Assembly: GCF_009914755.1 (NCBI RefSeq)
Contig: NC_060934.1
Origin: the human T2T-CHM13v2.0 reference genome, Homo sapiens
Strand: one strand, 5' to 3'
DNA length: 64,000 bases
Positions 49,690-62,520 of the stretch are shown here, piece after piece. Position 1 is the stretch's first letter; the number at the start of each line of letters is the position of its first letter. The position numbers and the translations under genes were made by a program. The notes under the pieces are model-generated. The model ran no database searches. It worked only from the letters and a program-made list of their open reading frames with translations, and was not told the origin of the DNA.

Positions 49690-52600
49690 TCAATCTAAAC
49701 ATCCATTTCCATCCCTCTTCTCAAGGACCTGGCACTACTGATCACTCTCCTTTCCCCTGTCTTTAGCTTACTCATCCCTATGTTAGACTTTCCATCAATA
49801 TTTAAATATTTTTAAAATATCCACCATCCTGACATAACAAAACAAAGTAGGGTAAAACTTTCTTTGAACCTACACCCCTCTGTAAGTCTCCCATGTTTCA
49901 TTCACAATCAAATTTTTTGAGCACTAGCTGTATTCATAATCCCATCTTCTCATTTCCCTGTCTCTGTAACTCACTTGAGACTGACTTCTGCCTCTGCCAC
50001 TGCATTGAAATTGCTTTTGCCAAGTTCATCAAAGGTATCTTTGAAGTATATCTAGACTATGCCTCTCAATAATTAACATAGTTGAATTGTCTAGAGAATT
50101 TGAACCTCTTGACTGCTCCTTCTTTCTTGAAGCATTCTCGTTGCTTCCTCAATAAGGTACAGTTCAGGGTCCCCTCTCATCTCTCCATCTTTCCAATATC
50201 ATCTTACTTTCCAACACAGATGCCTCTTCCTCTGCCCACTCTTTAAATATGGGTTTTTCCTCAGTGTTCTTTCTAGGTTCCTTTTCTCTGTTTACTTCCT
50301 ACCCTCTCTGATATGGTTTGGCTGTGTCCCCAGCCAAATCTCATCTTGAATTATAGTTCTCATAATCCCCAGTGTGTCGTGGGAGGGACCCAGTGGGAGG
50401 TAATTGAATTATGGGGGCGGTTATCCCCATGCTGTTCTCGTAAAAGTGAGTGAGCTCTCATGAGATCTGATGGTTTTTTAAGGGGCTTTTTCCCCCTTTG
50501 CTCAGCACTTCTTCCTGCCCCCGCTGTGAAGAAGGTGCCTTTCTTCCCCTTCTCCTTCTGTCATGATTGTAAGTTTCCTGAGGCCTTCCCAGCCCTTCCA
50601 AAGTGGAATTGTGAGTCAATTAAACCTCTTTTCTTTATAAATTATCCAGTCATGGGCAGTTCTTTATAGCAGTGTGAGAACAGACTAATATAGTAAATTG
50701 GTACTACAGAGAGTGGGGTGCTGCTATAAAGATACCCCAAAATTTGGAAGTTATTTTGGAACTGGGTAACAGGCAGAGGTTGGAACAGTTTGGCAGGCTC
50801 AGAAGAAGAAAGAAGACGTGGAAAAGTTTTGAGCTTCCTAGAGACTTGTGGAATGGCTTTGACCAAATTGCTGATAGTGATATGGACAAGGAAGTCCAGG
50901 CTGAGGTGGTGTCCGATGGAGATGAGAAGCTTCTTGGGAACTGGAGTAAAGGTCACTCTTGTTATGCTTTAGCAAAGAGACTTGTGGGTTTTTGCCCTTG
51001 CCCTGGAGATCTGTGGAACTTTGAATTTGAGAGAGATGATTTAGGGTATCTGGTGGAAGGAACTTCTAAGAGGCAAAACGTTCAAGAGAAAGCAGATCAT
51101 AAAAGTCTGGAAAATATGCAGTCTGATGATGTGAGAGAAGAGAAAAGTTCATTTTCTGGGAAGAAATTCAAGCCAGCTGCATAAATTTGCATAAGTAATG
51201 AGCCAAATGTTAATCATCAAGACAATGGGGAAAATGTCTCCAGGGCACATCAGAGGTCATCACAGAAGCCCCTCTCATCACAGTCCCGAGGTCTAGGAGG
51301 AAAAATTGTTTTCATGGGCTGGGCCTAGGGTCCCCCTGCTGTGTGCAGCCTGGAAACTTGGTACCCCGCATCCCAGCCTCTCCAGCCATGGCTGAAAGGG
51401 ACCAATGTACAGCTCAGGCTGTTGCTTCAGAGGGTGCAAGTCTCAAGCCTTGGTGGCTAACGTGAGATGCTGGCTCTATAGGTGCACAGAAGTCAAGAAT
51501 TGAGGTTTGGGGATGTTCACTTAGATTTCAGAGGATGTTGGGAAATGCCTGGATGTCCAGGCAGAGTTGTGCTGCAGGAGTGAAGCCCTCATAGAGAACC
51601 TCTGCTAGGATAGTGAGGAAGGGAAATGTGGGGTGCGAGCCTCCACATAGAGTCCCTACTGGGGCACTGCCTAGTGGAGCACTGAGAAGAGGGCCACCAT
51701 CCTCCAGACCTCAGAATGATAGATCTACCAACAACTTGCACTGTGTGCCTGGAAAAGTCACAGACACTCAATGCCTGCCTGTGAAAACAGTTGGAACGGG
51801 GCCATACCCTGCAAAGCCACAGGGGCAGAGCTACCCAAGGCCATGGGAGCCCACCTCCTGCATCAACATGATCTGCATGTGAGACATGGAGTCAAAGGAG
51901 ATCATTTTGGAACTTTAAGGTTTAATGGCTGCCCTATTGGATTTCGGACTTGCATGGGGCCTGTGGTGCCTTTGTTCTGGCCAATTTCTCCCATTTGGAA
52001 TGGGTGTATTTACCCAATGCCTATACCCCCATTGTATCTAGGAAGTAACTAACTTGTTTTAGATGATTTTACAGGCTTATAGGTAGAAGGGACTTGCCTT
52101 GTCTCAGATGAGACTTTGGACTTGGACTTCTGGGTTAATTCTGGAATGAGCTAAAACTTTGGGGAACTTTTGGAAAGGCATTATTGTGTTTTGAAATGTG
52201 AGGACATGAGATTTGGGAGGGGCCAGGGGCAGAATGATGTGGTTTGACTGTGTCTTCATCCAAATTTCATCTTGAATTATAGTTTCCATAATCCGCATGT
52301 GTTATGGTGGAGACCTGGTGGGAGGTAATTGAATCATGGGGGCGGTTGCCCTCATACTGTTCTTGTGAGAGTGAGTTCTCACAAGATCTGATGGTTTTAT
52401 AGAGGCTTTTCCTCCTTTACTTAGCACTTCTCCTTCCAGCCGCCCTGTGAAGAAGGTGCTGTTCCTCCCCTTCACCTTCTGCTGTGATTGTAAGTTTCCT
52501 GAGGCCTTTCCAGCCATGTAGAACTGTGAGTCAATTAAACCCCTTTTCTCCTTTCTTAAGAAGTTTAATTACCCAGTCTTGGGTATTTCCTCATAGCAGT

Positions 52601-52700
52601 GTGAGAACAGACTAATACACTTTCTCTTTGAGTAAGTCCATCCCATCCCCTTTTACAGTGTCAGTTACTATGCAAATGCCAATGACCCCAATGTTCCCTG
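49690..52700 (+). mobile_element. L2 RT fragment (about 49690-50308, resuming about 52620-52700) hosting the THE1 insertion
   Basis: ctgacttctgcctctgccactgcattgaaattgcttttgccaag (HSTETAL region) and ctatgcaaatgccaatgacccc (YADD region) after the provirus. Confidence 0.65.
50309..52619 (+). mobile_element. Full-length THE1 (THE1C/D-like) MaLR: 5' LTR 50309-50692, internal 50693-52234, 3' LTR 52235-52619
   Basis: Two LTRs TGAT[A/G]TGGTTTG...CTAATA[T/C]A, a polypurine tract gggaggggccaggggcagaa, MaLR internal ORF remnant (ELPRDLWNGFDQ...GNWSKGHSCY) and 5-bp TSD ctctc/ctttc. Confidence 0.95.
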
Positions 52701-55700
52701 CTCCTCTCAGCATAATGCAGAGACTGGGAGGCTCTAGCAAGGGGTCGTTCTTTACAGGATGCCCATCAATCCCTTAAGCATGGCAATCTCCTTGCTCCAT
52801 TCAGAACTCTACTGTGCATGCCCCTTATAAATTACTAAGACTTGTTTCTTCCCAAGAGATCTAATGAGGCTCCATGGAAGTTACAATACCTGTTGCTTGC
52901 TAGGTCAATTTGGCAAAGAATATTTTCCTTTAATCTCAGAGAACGGTTCTGTAATTTGCTACATATTATAAAGTAACTATTTGCCTTTATAATAAAATAT
53001 GAATGGGTCATGTCTAGCACAGGAGTATTAAATTGTTTTCATTTTATGTATCACCCCTGAGTTATTGGTAGTAGCTCCATAGAAGGCTGTGTTATTGTGG
53101 TTTGGTAGAAAAGCTTCTATTACTATTAGCGTCTCCATGGGCATGAGAAGTAAGGGTGGTGGTAAGCGTGCTGTGCAGTTCATTTTGCAAGAAGGGTGGC
53201 ACTCATGGTGTTTAATTATTCAGGATGCTTATATGGAGGGAGCCAGCCTGTGAGTTCTGGTCAGGAAGGCAGATGTGTTATCCAGGAGACTACAAGAGTT
53301 TCTATCATCAGCTCAAAGGAGTGAGATCAGCTATACACTCTCAATCTCTTTCACTATTTGGAAATCAATTTCCTACCTCCAAAGCAATGGTTATTTGGAG
53401 TGTTCTTTCTACCTAGCTTCACCACCAATTTTACTCACCAATCAACAAACAGAAAGAATTGTTGTTATAGTGGAAAACGGACCTTGCAATTATTTCACAT
53501 CAAATTTATGTCCAGCATGTGTGCATTTTATTTTATTTAATAAAACTTTAATCTTCACAGGATCTCAATATGACAGATATTATCTTTATTTTTCTATGGA
53601 GGAAACCAAGTTTCAGTGAAATATAGGTAATCACCCATGGTTGTATAGCTCAGGAAATGGCAAGGTCAAGGATATGACCTCAGGGCTGTCTGGGTTTATA
53701 AAGGATGACACAAGAGGACAATGATTGATTTCTCATTTCGTTTTTCTCTGCATTAGCACCTAATAATTGGTATTCCCAGATACTTTTCTAGATGACTGTG
53801 AAAGTGAAATAAGCAGATGTTGCCCCCATCTTGGTAGATGTTAGTGGCTGCAAAGACTTGCTCCATTCCCTATTCAGTGGACTCTTTCTCAGGATCTGTT
53901 TCAATTTTGTTTCATATCAGAAACTTTCTGCATCATTAACCAAAGAAAGGCTTAATGGGATTCAATACAATGTATTCATGCCTGAGCCTCTGAGAGCTGT
54001 CCCTCAGATATACTTGGGGGATTTACTCAAACACCCATCCCTGGGACTTCCCGTGGGGACTGGGTGGCAGCGTGGAGAATCATCATGACATCCACAGCTC
54101 TGCTCTTCTCCAGCCCTTTCCTCCTCCCTGTGTACGTCTTGCCATGCATTATGCATTTGGAGTGGGAGGAGGGGCTGCCTTTGGGTTCCATTCCAGGACT
54201 CAGAGGAGCTGTTGAGTCATGACCTCACTGAGTCTCCCCATTTTCCTTCCCTTCCACATGCCAGCAAGTCTTCCACACCCCCTCTGCTAAGCCCAGCTCC
54301 CTGGAGAATTCCTTTTCTGGGTCCTTCTCCTATTAAAGATAATTACACTGCTGTAAAAACAGCAGTGCTGATAATGAGGGAAGTTGGGCTGTTGACTGAA
54401 AAGTAGATGATTTAGTCCAGTTCTCTTCCCATTACCGCTCTAATTAGAGTATATCTCTATGATTTCAGAGTTTCAGCTTTAAAAAATTTTAATCACTCTG
54501 CCTATAACTCTATGACCAGCTAATGGAGTAAATAATCATTTTGAATTTCTGCAAGCAGCCTTTAATAATCTGAATCAGAATCCTTTAAGAATTCTGAAAC
54601 CCCCTCATGGTCAGACAGAATAAGGACTTCTTGGAGTTTCAGAGCAGCAGAGACAGATGTTAACCAATCAGCTTGATGTGATTGAGGATCTACTATGTAC
54701 CCAGTACTGTGACTGGTTCTCTCTGTGACAGAGGTATTGATTGACTGACTGATTCATTCATTCATCCATTCATTTAATAATCTTGTATTGAGCACTTAAT
54801 ATGCTCCTGATACTGTTCTAAATGAAGGGCATGTGATAGTCACAAGACGGAGAACGTGTCAGTCCTCATTTTGCCTTGTCTTGGTGAGGAGATAAAGCTG
54901 TTTGACCAGACACTGTTCATAAACAATGCTCAAAAGCATTTAAGAAATTGCTAGACTCTCCAGGACAGTGCTTCCCAGCGTGAGGGAGATCTACAATTAA
55001 AGAAGATATCCTGGAGGAGGCAAGGATCATGGTAGTTTTCATAGCAGCTAATTTACTTGAGGGGCTCAGCTTGAGGACCATTCAGTGCCCCAAGGGGAAG
55101 TGACTCTTGGAAGGAGACAGTGCAGTTGGATGGATGTGCAGGTGAAGGGAGTTGGCGTTCCTGGGTTTAAGTCTGGCCTCATCATTAACTCATTGGGTGA
55201 TCTTGGGCCATCACCTTTCCTCCCTGAAGCTCAGTTTCCTTGTGGCAAAATGAAAAGATTACATTAAAGAAGGGCTTCCAAATCTTCTGTTGTTGTTCTT
55301 GGAGAACTGCCTTCCAGGCAAAACTGTTGAAGACATTCCAATATATAAAATAGATACAGTTAGAAGAGATCTATATTAAAGAGGGTGAGGGGCCGTATGA
55401 GCTTCACCACCCACCCAGACTCTTCATCCCTTTGGGGACACCCCAAGTCATCTTTGCAGAACTTAGAACAGCATAGAAAGTTTCAAAGCAGCGGACTGTA
55501 TGACACCAGAAGTTCTCTTCTAACCCTAAAACTCCACAAGTTGTCTTGCTCTACAGATCGCTCCATTTAGTCAGACATAGGAAAGGGATTGCTGTTCAGA
55601 GGTATTGCCTCAGTTCATTTTTCCAATGTCAGTATCAAACAAAAAAGATACTTGGGATGTACTTAATTCCTCAAGCAAGTTGCTGAATCTTTCCTTCCTT

Positions 55701-57911
55701 TCTTCATTCCATTTACATCTACTTGGGGTATAATATGGAGATAATGCAGTAAAAAAGAAATAAAAATCCAAAAAGTAAATAAGAAAGTTATGTTCCCTGG
55801 AGATTATGCTATATATAAGAAATAAATATGTAAATAAGAAAACCACAGTTCCTGCCATAACAGGGTTTATAGTCGAGAGAGGGAGAGATACTACATAAGC
55901 AAACCAATAAATAAGAATGGTAATTACCCACTATGATAAATCTATGAAGAAATAAACATAATTGTGAGAGACAATAATAGGAGGGAGGGCACTTCATTTA
56001 TTCACTTATTCTGTCAGTCTCCCAACAAATATTTCTTGAGCTACTGCTATCCAGAAAGCAAGGGGCCTCATTTTGGAGATTTTGGAGATCAAGGCAAACA
56101 CTAGTATTTTTCTCCTGGGAGCTTGCAATTTAGATGGATTTTCATCTTTTATAGTTATTAGGAAACAAAAATAAAAGAATATAAAAACATAAAAGACAAT
56201 TATGTGTGTGAGTATATAAAATATCCCTAGATTTTGCTTTTGAGACTAGGTCCTATTAAGCGATCTCATGACTGGCGGATCCATGCATACTCTTCCTTCC
56301 CCCTTTCTAAACTGGGAGTCAGAAGGTCTGGATAGAAATCAATCCCTGCAATTTATTTTTAACTTCTTTCTCCTTAGCCAGGATTGATTTTTGTCTTTGT
56401 GATCAATGGCACAGAGAATAGCTCCACAGCCCAAGCTGCTGTACAAGCACTTGGTCTGGTCAGCTCCATGTCTATTGAAAAGAACATTATAAGCTGATTA
56501 TGAAAGTGATATAATGAAGATGTTTAAAGGATGGGCCCGATTACCCCTACTTTCCTGGGGTGGAATGCTTACAGACAGGGGGCTGCTGTGAGCAAGAACC
56601 TAGAACTGTCAGGAAGGCAATGTGGCAGGGCATACGGCCTGCACCCAACAGACAGAGCCTGGTGAAGCAGGGAAGAAGGAAGGGCATTGGAATTAGCTTC
56701 TTGTTTGCCAGCCTGACTCCCTTTCTCTCTTTTTAGCTTTTCTTTTTCTTCCTTCTACTATTTCATCTTTACTATACCAACTGCTATTAGATTTGGAACT
56801 GCAAGCAAACATCTGTTACAAAAAAATACATTAAAAAGATCAGCTTTTCCCTCTCTGCATTTCTTGGGCTTTAAAATTGTCTGATTCTTTAATCTCCATG
56901 CTTTCCTCCTTCTCTTCTCTTGTTTTCTTATAATCCAGCTTGTGTTTGATGGGAACATGAAATTAGCCACTTCCCACCTCTCCCTCTAGCCTTGTAACCT
57001 CTCGAGGCCAGGCAAGATTGCTTCCTGTTTCTTCTGAGAAAAATGTTCTCGGAAGAGACGTACACCTTGTAATAATGTGCAGGGGTAATTCCACGGAATG
57101 CAATTAGAACAGAAAGTCGGCTGTACCCAAGGCCTTCTGTCTGATTCTCTGGAATAAACGCTTTCAGTTTTACTGCCTGCCCAGGTAGCGACTGTTTCTA
57201 GATTGCATCAGGAAGAAATGATCAAAGTGCTCTTAATATGATTGTATTCATTATTTCATTGTGCTACATAGTTTCTTCTTAGGTGTTCTTTGTCTACGGA
57301 CGGGGTCAGGAAGGGGTGGAAGAGATGGCTTCCTTACTTCCTCTGACATATCTGCCACAAGTACTTGTGAAGTTGATTGAATGTAGCTATCCTGTACAAG
57401 AAACACTCTCATTCTCACTATAGTTATTTTTAAAGATTTGTCCTAAACCTTCTTCCCTGGTTTTTACCTCCTGGCTAATTTTCTTTATTATTGAATAACC
57501 TGTAATTCTTAGAGATTCAATTACATTAGTAGTAACAACTGACACGAATTAAGTGGTCAGCATGAGCTAGGCTTATGAATTAGTGAATTTAATTGTTATT
57601 ACAGCTTATGTGGTAAGTACAACTCTTCTGTTTCACAGAAGAGGCACTGAAAGGTTAAGCCATTTTCCCAAGACGACACAGCCAGTAAACAATGGAGTGG
57701 AGATTTTGATGTAACCATTTTGGCACCAGAGCCTTCTTTCTCTGTCACTGCATGATTCTCCTCCTTAAACAAGAAATATTCAGAACAACCTACACTTTCT
57801 TATTTGCTGGAGGCAAGTTGGGTCAGGAACTGTGTAAGGGACAATGAGTAAGTACATAGAGCTTTAACACAAAGTAGCTGCTTAAAACATGCATGTTGCA
57901 TCACTGAATAT

Positions 57912-57912
<1 letters not shown>

Positions 57913-57942
<30 letters not shown>
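57913..57942. repeat. (CA)15 microsatellite
   Basis: Seen directly. Confidence 0.95.
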
Positions 57943-57945
<3 letters not shown>

Positions 57946-59614
57946 CAGGCAGCTTAGAATCTGAAGATACTGCTTGAAGAAGACCTTCGGCTTAGGAAAC
58001 CAGGACCAAGGAAGTGAGTGGTTGTGGACCTCAAGCGATGTGACGTTTCTGAGTCCCTACTTTGTGTCAGCAGATGTTGGACCTCACATCGTGAGTGTGG
58101 CTGTATGTTTCAAGGTCCAGAAGCACTTAAATGATTGTCCCAAAGACATATCATAACCAATAGGTGAGGGTGGGGGTTGGAATCCAAGTCTAGGCTTGGT
58201 TGCTGTGTTCCTTGTTAGTTTTCACAACGAAGGACAAAATAAATAACTTAAAAGATGCATAAAAATAAAATTTCTGGTAGCTCAGCTATAACTCTTGGGC
58301 ATTTTCTTCAAGCAAAACTTCATTCCTGCTATGAACTGCCTCTGCAAAGATAAACCAATAAATAAAATTATACTAATAAGAGTATTGAGCAGTGTCATAT
58401 ACTTTTTGTTAAATATGTCAAATAGAAATGAAGTAGAGTGTTTGTGTCATGTAACACACAGCAAACAAACAAAAGTCTACACACACTCACTATTTCTTTC
58501 CATTCCCCCAAAACTACCTCTCCTGGTACCAACAACTCACCTTGGCACTTCTGCCCTGCAACCTCTCCGGCTTGACTGGTAATCTTTTCTTCCTTCAAGT
58601 TCCCTCCCTACCTTTTCTCTCTGACTCTCCATTTGTTATGTAGAACAATTCAGCCAGGTCCTGGTTTCTCAAATCTTCCAAACTCAAATCCATCATCACA
58701 TCCAGCAGATAAAATGTCCTTCAGTGTTTAGAACCTACTCTACTCTTAAGGCAGTGGGAGTATAAGTCACACTTATTTATAGATTACATACAACACTGTG
58801 GGTATGTGCACACATATGTGCATGTGTGTATGAATGTCACATTGTGGAGGGTGGTCTAAGAGAATCGTTATGCCTGCAGTATCTGGAATCTGGCAAACAT
58901 GAGTTTAAATTTCAGTTCAGCCCTCTGCTAGCTGTGTGACTTTGCTGTCTTAGTTGTCCCTTACTTAGTTGTCCCCTTGTGTCTTAGTTGTCCATCTACA
59001 AAATGGAGATAGGATGAGGGTGGATTTTATTGTAATTGTAGAAGGAGCATGAGAACACACTGAGTAAATTGTTGTGCTTCTGAGGAAAGGATTTTTGTAG
59101 CATCTTATCTTCACTGTGCTGAGTACCATGGCATTATTACTGGCCTTATATTGTCATTTGTACATCTTGTATGTTGTTTGCTTTCCCAAAGAGATGGTGA
59201 ACTCCATGAGGTGACAGCTCCATGACCCATGGTACTTAATACAGTCTGGTCACAAAGGTACTGAACCAGTACTCGCTGATTGACAAATGTAAGACATAGT
59301 GGAATGGTGGCCGGTATCCATAATGAGATTTTTAAACATGATTAACGTTCAAGGAATGATCTAAATTTGGCCAGACCCTTAATTATTACGTGGATTCAGC
59401 AGTGGGTGGGGAAGAACATCTTGTACTCTGCTTCCCTGTTTCCTGCAGGAAAGCAAGCTCTTTTATAGCCCCTGATTTTCGAAGGCATGGTGTTGTCAAC
59501 CACGCAAAGGAGTATTTGATGTAAAATTACTACCCATTTGTAAAAGTTCATGCAATTGTCTTTTCTTTGTATTTTACTTATTCTGACTCTGGAAACACAG
59601 ATTTTAGAAGCCTA

Positions 59615-59845
59615 GCAAAGTGAAAAGAGCCTGGAGTTGCAAGTCAGAAGCTTTGAGCTTGGCTTTAAGTCTTACCTTTTAGTACCAAGATGACCTCAAG
59701 CAGCCTTCCTAGGCCTCAGGCTCCTTAATTTTAAAATGAAGGTGTAATTAGACCTCACCTGCAGGGTTGTGCTCAGATCAAATGAGATTCAGTACAATAA
59801 TGAAAACTAATAGCACAGAGTACTCAACAAATATTAGTTGTTATG
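59615..59845 (+). mobile_element. MIR
   Basis: agtgaaaagagcctggagttgcaagtcagaag...gacctcacctgcagggttgtg...atcaaatgaga. Confidence 0.7.
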
Positions 59846-61534
59846 ACCTGAGTACTAGGTACTAAGAGACTATTATAGATGAGTAAGAACATTATCTACC
59901 CTCAAAGATATTACAGTACAGCAAGAGACCCCAAAAGGACCTGCTTCCCTCTAATTTGGAACAACAGCTGGTAAGTGCAACAAGCAAGCCACAAAAAAAG
60001 AGCCCTGGGAATCAGAGGAAGAAAAGATGAACTCCAACTGGGAAATTGGGGTTAGGGGAGCTTAGTTAAGGAGAAAGCTTTTGACACGAGCCACTGTGAA
60101 ATTCACTGATGCTGAAGTGATCTGGGTCAGGCTAAGTCCCTCAAATAACTTCTCCTATACTAGCCATTCTTTGGAAAGGCTCTGGCGTAGACACTTTAGG
60201 CTCATTCAGGGCTGCACCATGTAGTGGTCATTGTCAGGGTTTAGAGACACAAGTTCAAATCCAGGCTCTGCCACCATGGAGCTGAATACCCGATGCATGT
60301 CAGTTAAATTATCAGTAAAGCAGGTTTCTTGGTATTTCCTTCATGGGGTCATTGTGTGCAAGAGCAGGCAGTGCATATTACATGGTAAGCATAGAGCCTG
60401 GCCCTCCAACAATGTTGCTTGTGCTGGCAGAGGACAGGAGAGGCATGACCCGGAGAGCATGATGGGGAAGCTCCAAGAAGTAGCAGTTGGCATTTCACAA
60501 ATATTCATGGCTCTTGGGGAGGCAGCAGTGTTTTCTGAGAAACAGCTTGACAGATGGCTTAAATCCGTCTACTGTTGTCCCAAAATTCACTCATGAGACA
60601 TGCAAATCCCATGTTGGTGAAACTTTGCTGTTGTATCTAGCAGCTCACGTGTATCTCCAAGCCTTCCAGAAATCCCATGCCCCAAAGAAGCGTCCCTAAT
60701 TCTCTAGAAAATGAATGATTTTGTTTGCCTTGCCCTTTCAGGATATTTAATGTATTTTGAACATGTCAATAAAATTAATTATTCTCTAAGCAGCTATATT
60801 CACCTGTCATTCATCCCCTGTGGCTGAAGATGTTTCTGTTCTATAGCTGTGGCCATCATTTTCTGCTTCTCCTTCTCATATTATGTATTGCCTCTAGCCC
60901 TTCCTTCTGTGCATAGTTGAAGCTACATCGGCAAATTTCAGTGCCCCACGCAATCATTAGGATGGGAATTTATGGATCAACAGCATAATTTGTCAGTGAA
61001 TACACTTCTAAAAGCTTGTGTTCCTGGGAACATACCATAGGTCTATTATAACAATCTAATCATTGTGTTTGTAGAGCATTTTCTGGTTACATGAAAGCAT
61101 TTTATTATGTTGTTTATTCACAAGAATCTTGTGAGAGAAAGATAACTACAACTAGTTCCTTTTTTATCTGAAAATAACCCCCAAACTGCAAGAGATGGGT
61201 TACAATGCCTAAAATTGCACATCTAATAAATGATGGAGCTGAAAATAAAATCACAGATGTTACAATGTGAAGGAACAGGACCTTCCACCTTTTCCCTTCT
61301 CCTCTCTCACCATTTTGATTTTATTTTCTGAAGTACTGGGATACTATAGAAAAGAAAGAGGCTAGTACCTAGTTTGAGTATATTTCATTTAAATAATTGA
61401 CCTCATAGTGTCCACCCATAAAAAGGAATTAGGCCATTTGATGTATCAAGTTGAATGAAAAACTTATACAAGTATTGGACAACCATATAAGCTAGATCTC
61501 TTGCAATATCTTCTTTAACCTCCTCTCAGCTCCA

Positions 61535-61558
61535 TTTTCTTTCTCTTTTCTTTCTTTC

Positions 61559-61590
<32 letters not shown>
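61535..61590. repeat. (TTTC)n plus poly-T tract
   Basis: Seen directly. Confidence 0.9.
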
Positions 61591-61595
<5 letters not shown>

Positions 61596-61895
61596 ACCCT
61601 ACCAATCCACAGTCCACAAGGAACAGAACCATTTTTGAGCACAGAGAGGGGGCAATGTTTTGATAGCAAGTTTGAAGATTTCTCTTTAGAGGTTTCATGG
61701 GCAGTGCCTTCCTTTTCTTTCACCTGAAGCTCTGGCGTCCTTATCTATAACACTGAAAGTATTAGCTCTTATTACATTATTTGGGAGTCTTCAAATGCTC
61801 CTGAATTTTGGACACTAGGATGATAATGATAATTCAAGTTCGTATCTGTCCTTTTGTATTTCTGCCCTTATCTTTGCTTTTTTACCCACTCAAAT

Positions 61896-61922
61896 ACACA
61901 CACACACACACACACACACACA
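61896..61922. repeat. (AC)n microsatellite
   Basis: Seen directly. Confidence 0.95.
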
Positions 61923-62289
61923 AATAGGAAAGAGAAAGTGCAAAGGACTTCCATTTTGAAAGCTCAGGTGAGCATCCTAAGAACTTCTTCCCCTCCATCT
62001 AAATCATGAAAGCCAGAACACAAAGATAAGTCTCGAAGCCATTAATGGTCAAGTCTCTTGGAGATCTCTATCTGTGGTTTCCTCTAGGAATTCATCTTGG
62101 CTGAGGGCAAGGAGAATTTCTATCCTTTATCCCTGATCAACTGGGATCAGGTGGCACACATGGCTACCCCAGCACCTCTTGAAGCCTCCAGGTTGCATAC
62201 ATAAACTGCCACCATAGTCAGTCTCCAGAAGACCTCTAAGATGTTAGACTGGTGCAGGCATTTTTGCCTCCAGTTCTGCTGGCTCAGAT

Positions 62290-62520
62290 AATATGCATTG
62301 AGTACGTGCTATGTGCCAGATGCAAGGCTAAAGCTCTTTCTATATTGAATTATATTTGATCCTCATGATAACTTCTCAGTTGATAGTACTAATATCTGTT
62401 TTCCATGAGAGAAAATTAGGCAGGTTAAATTACTTGTACAAGGTCACCAAACCAGAAAGTGGTATGAGCGGGATTTAAACACAGGTCTGAGATCCCAAAT
62501 AATGTGCTCTGTTACTTACT
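62290..62520 (-). mobile_element. MIR
   Basis: attgagtacgtgctatgtgccag...aggttaaattacttgtacaaggtcac...gggatttaaacacaggtctg. Confidence 0.8.

Noticed and set aside
50744-52052. ORFs inside the THE1 internal region
   Set aside because: They are frameshifted remnants of the known MaLR internal ORF, not an intact gene.
59810-59865. Inverted repeat agtactca...tgagtact at a MIR end
   Set aside because: An 8-bp stem with poor inner pairing is expected by chance in 64 kb.
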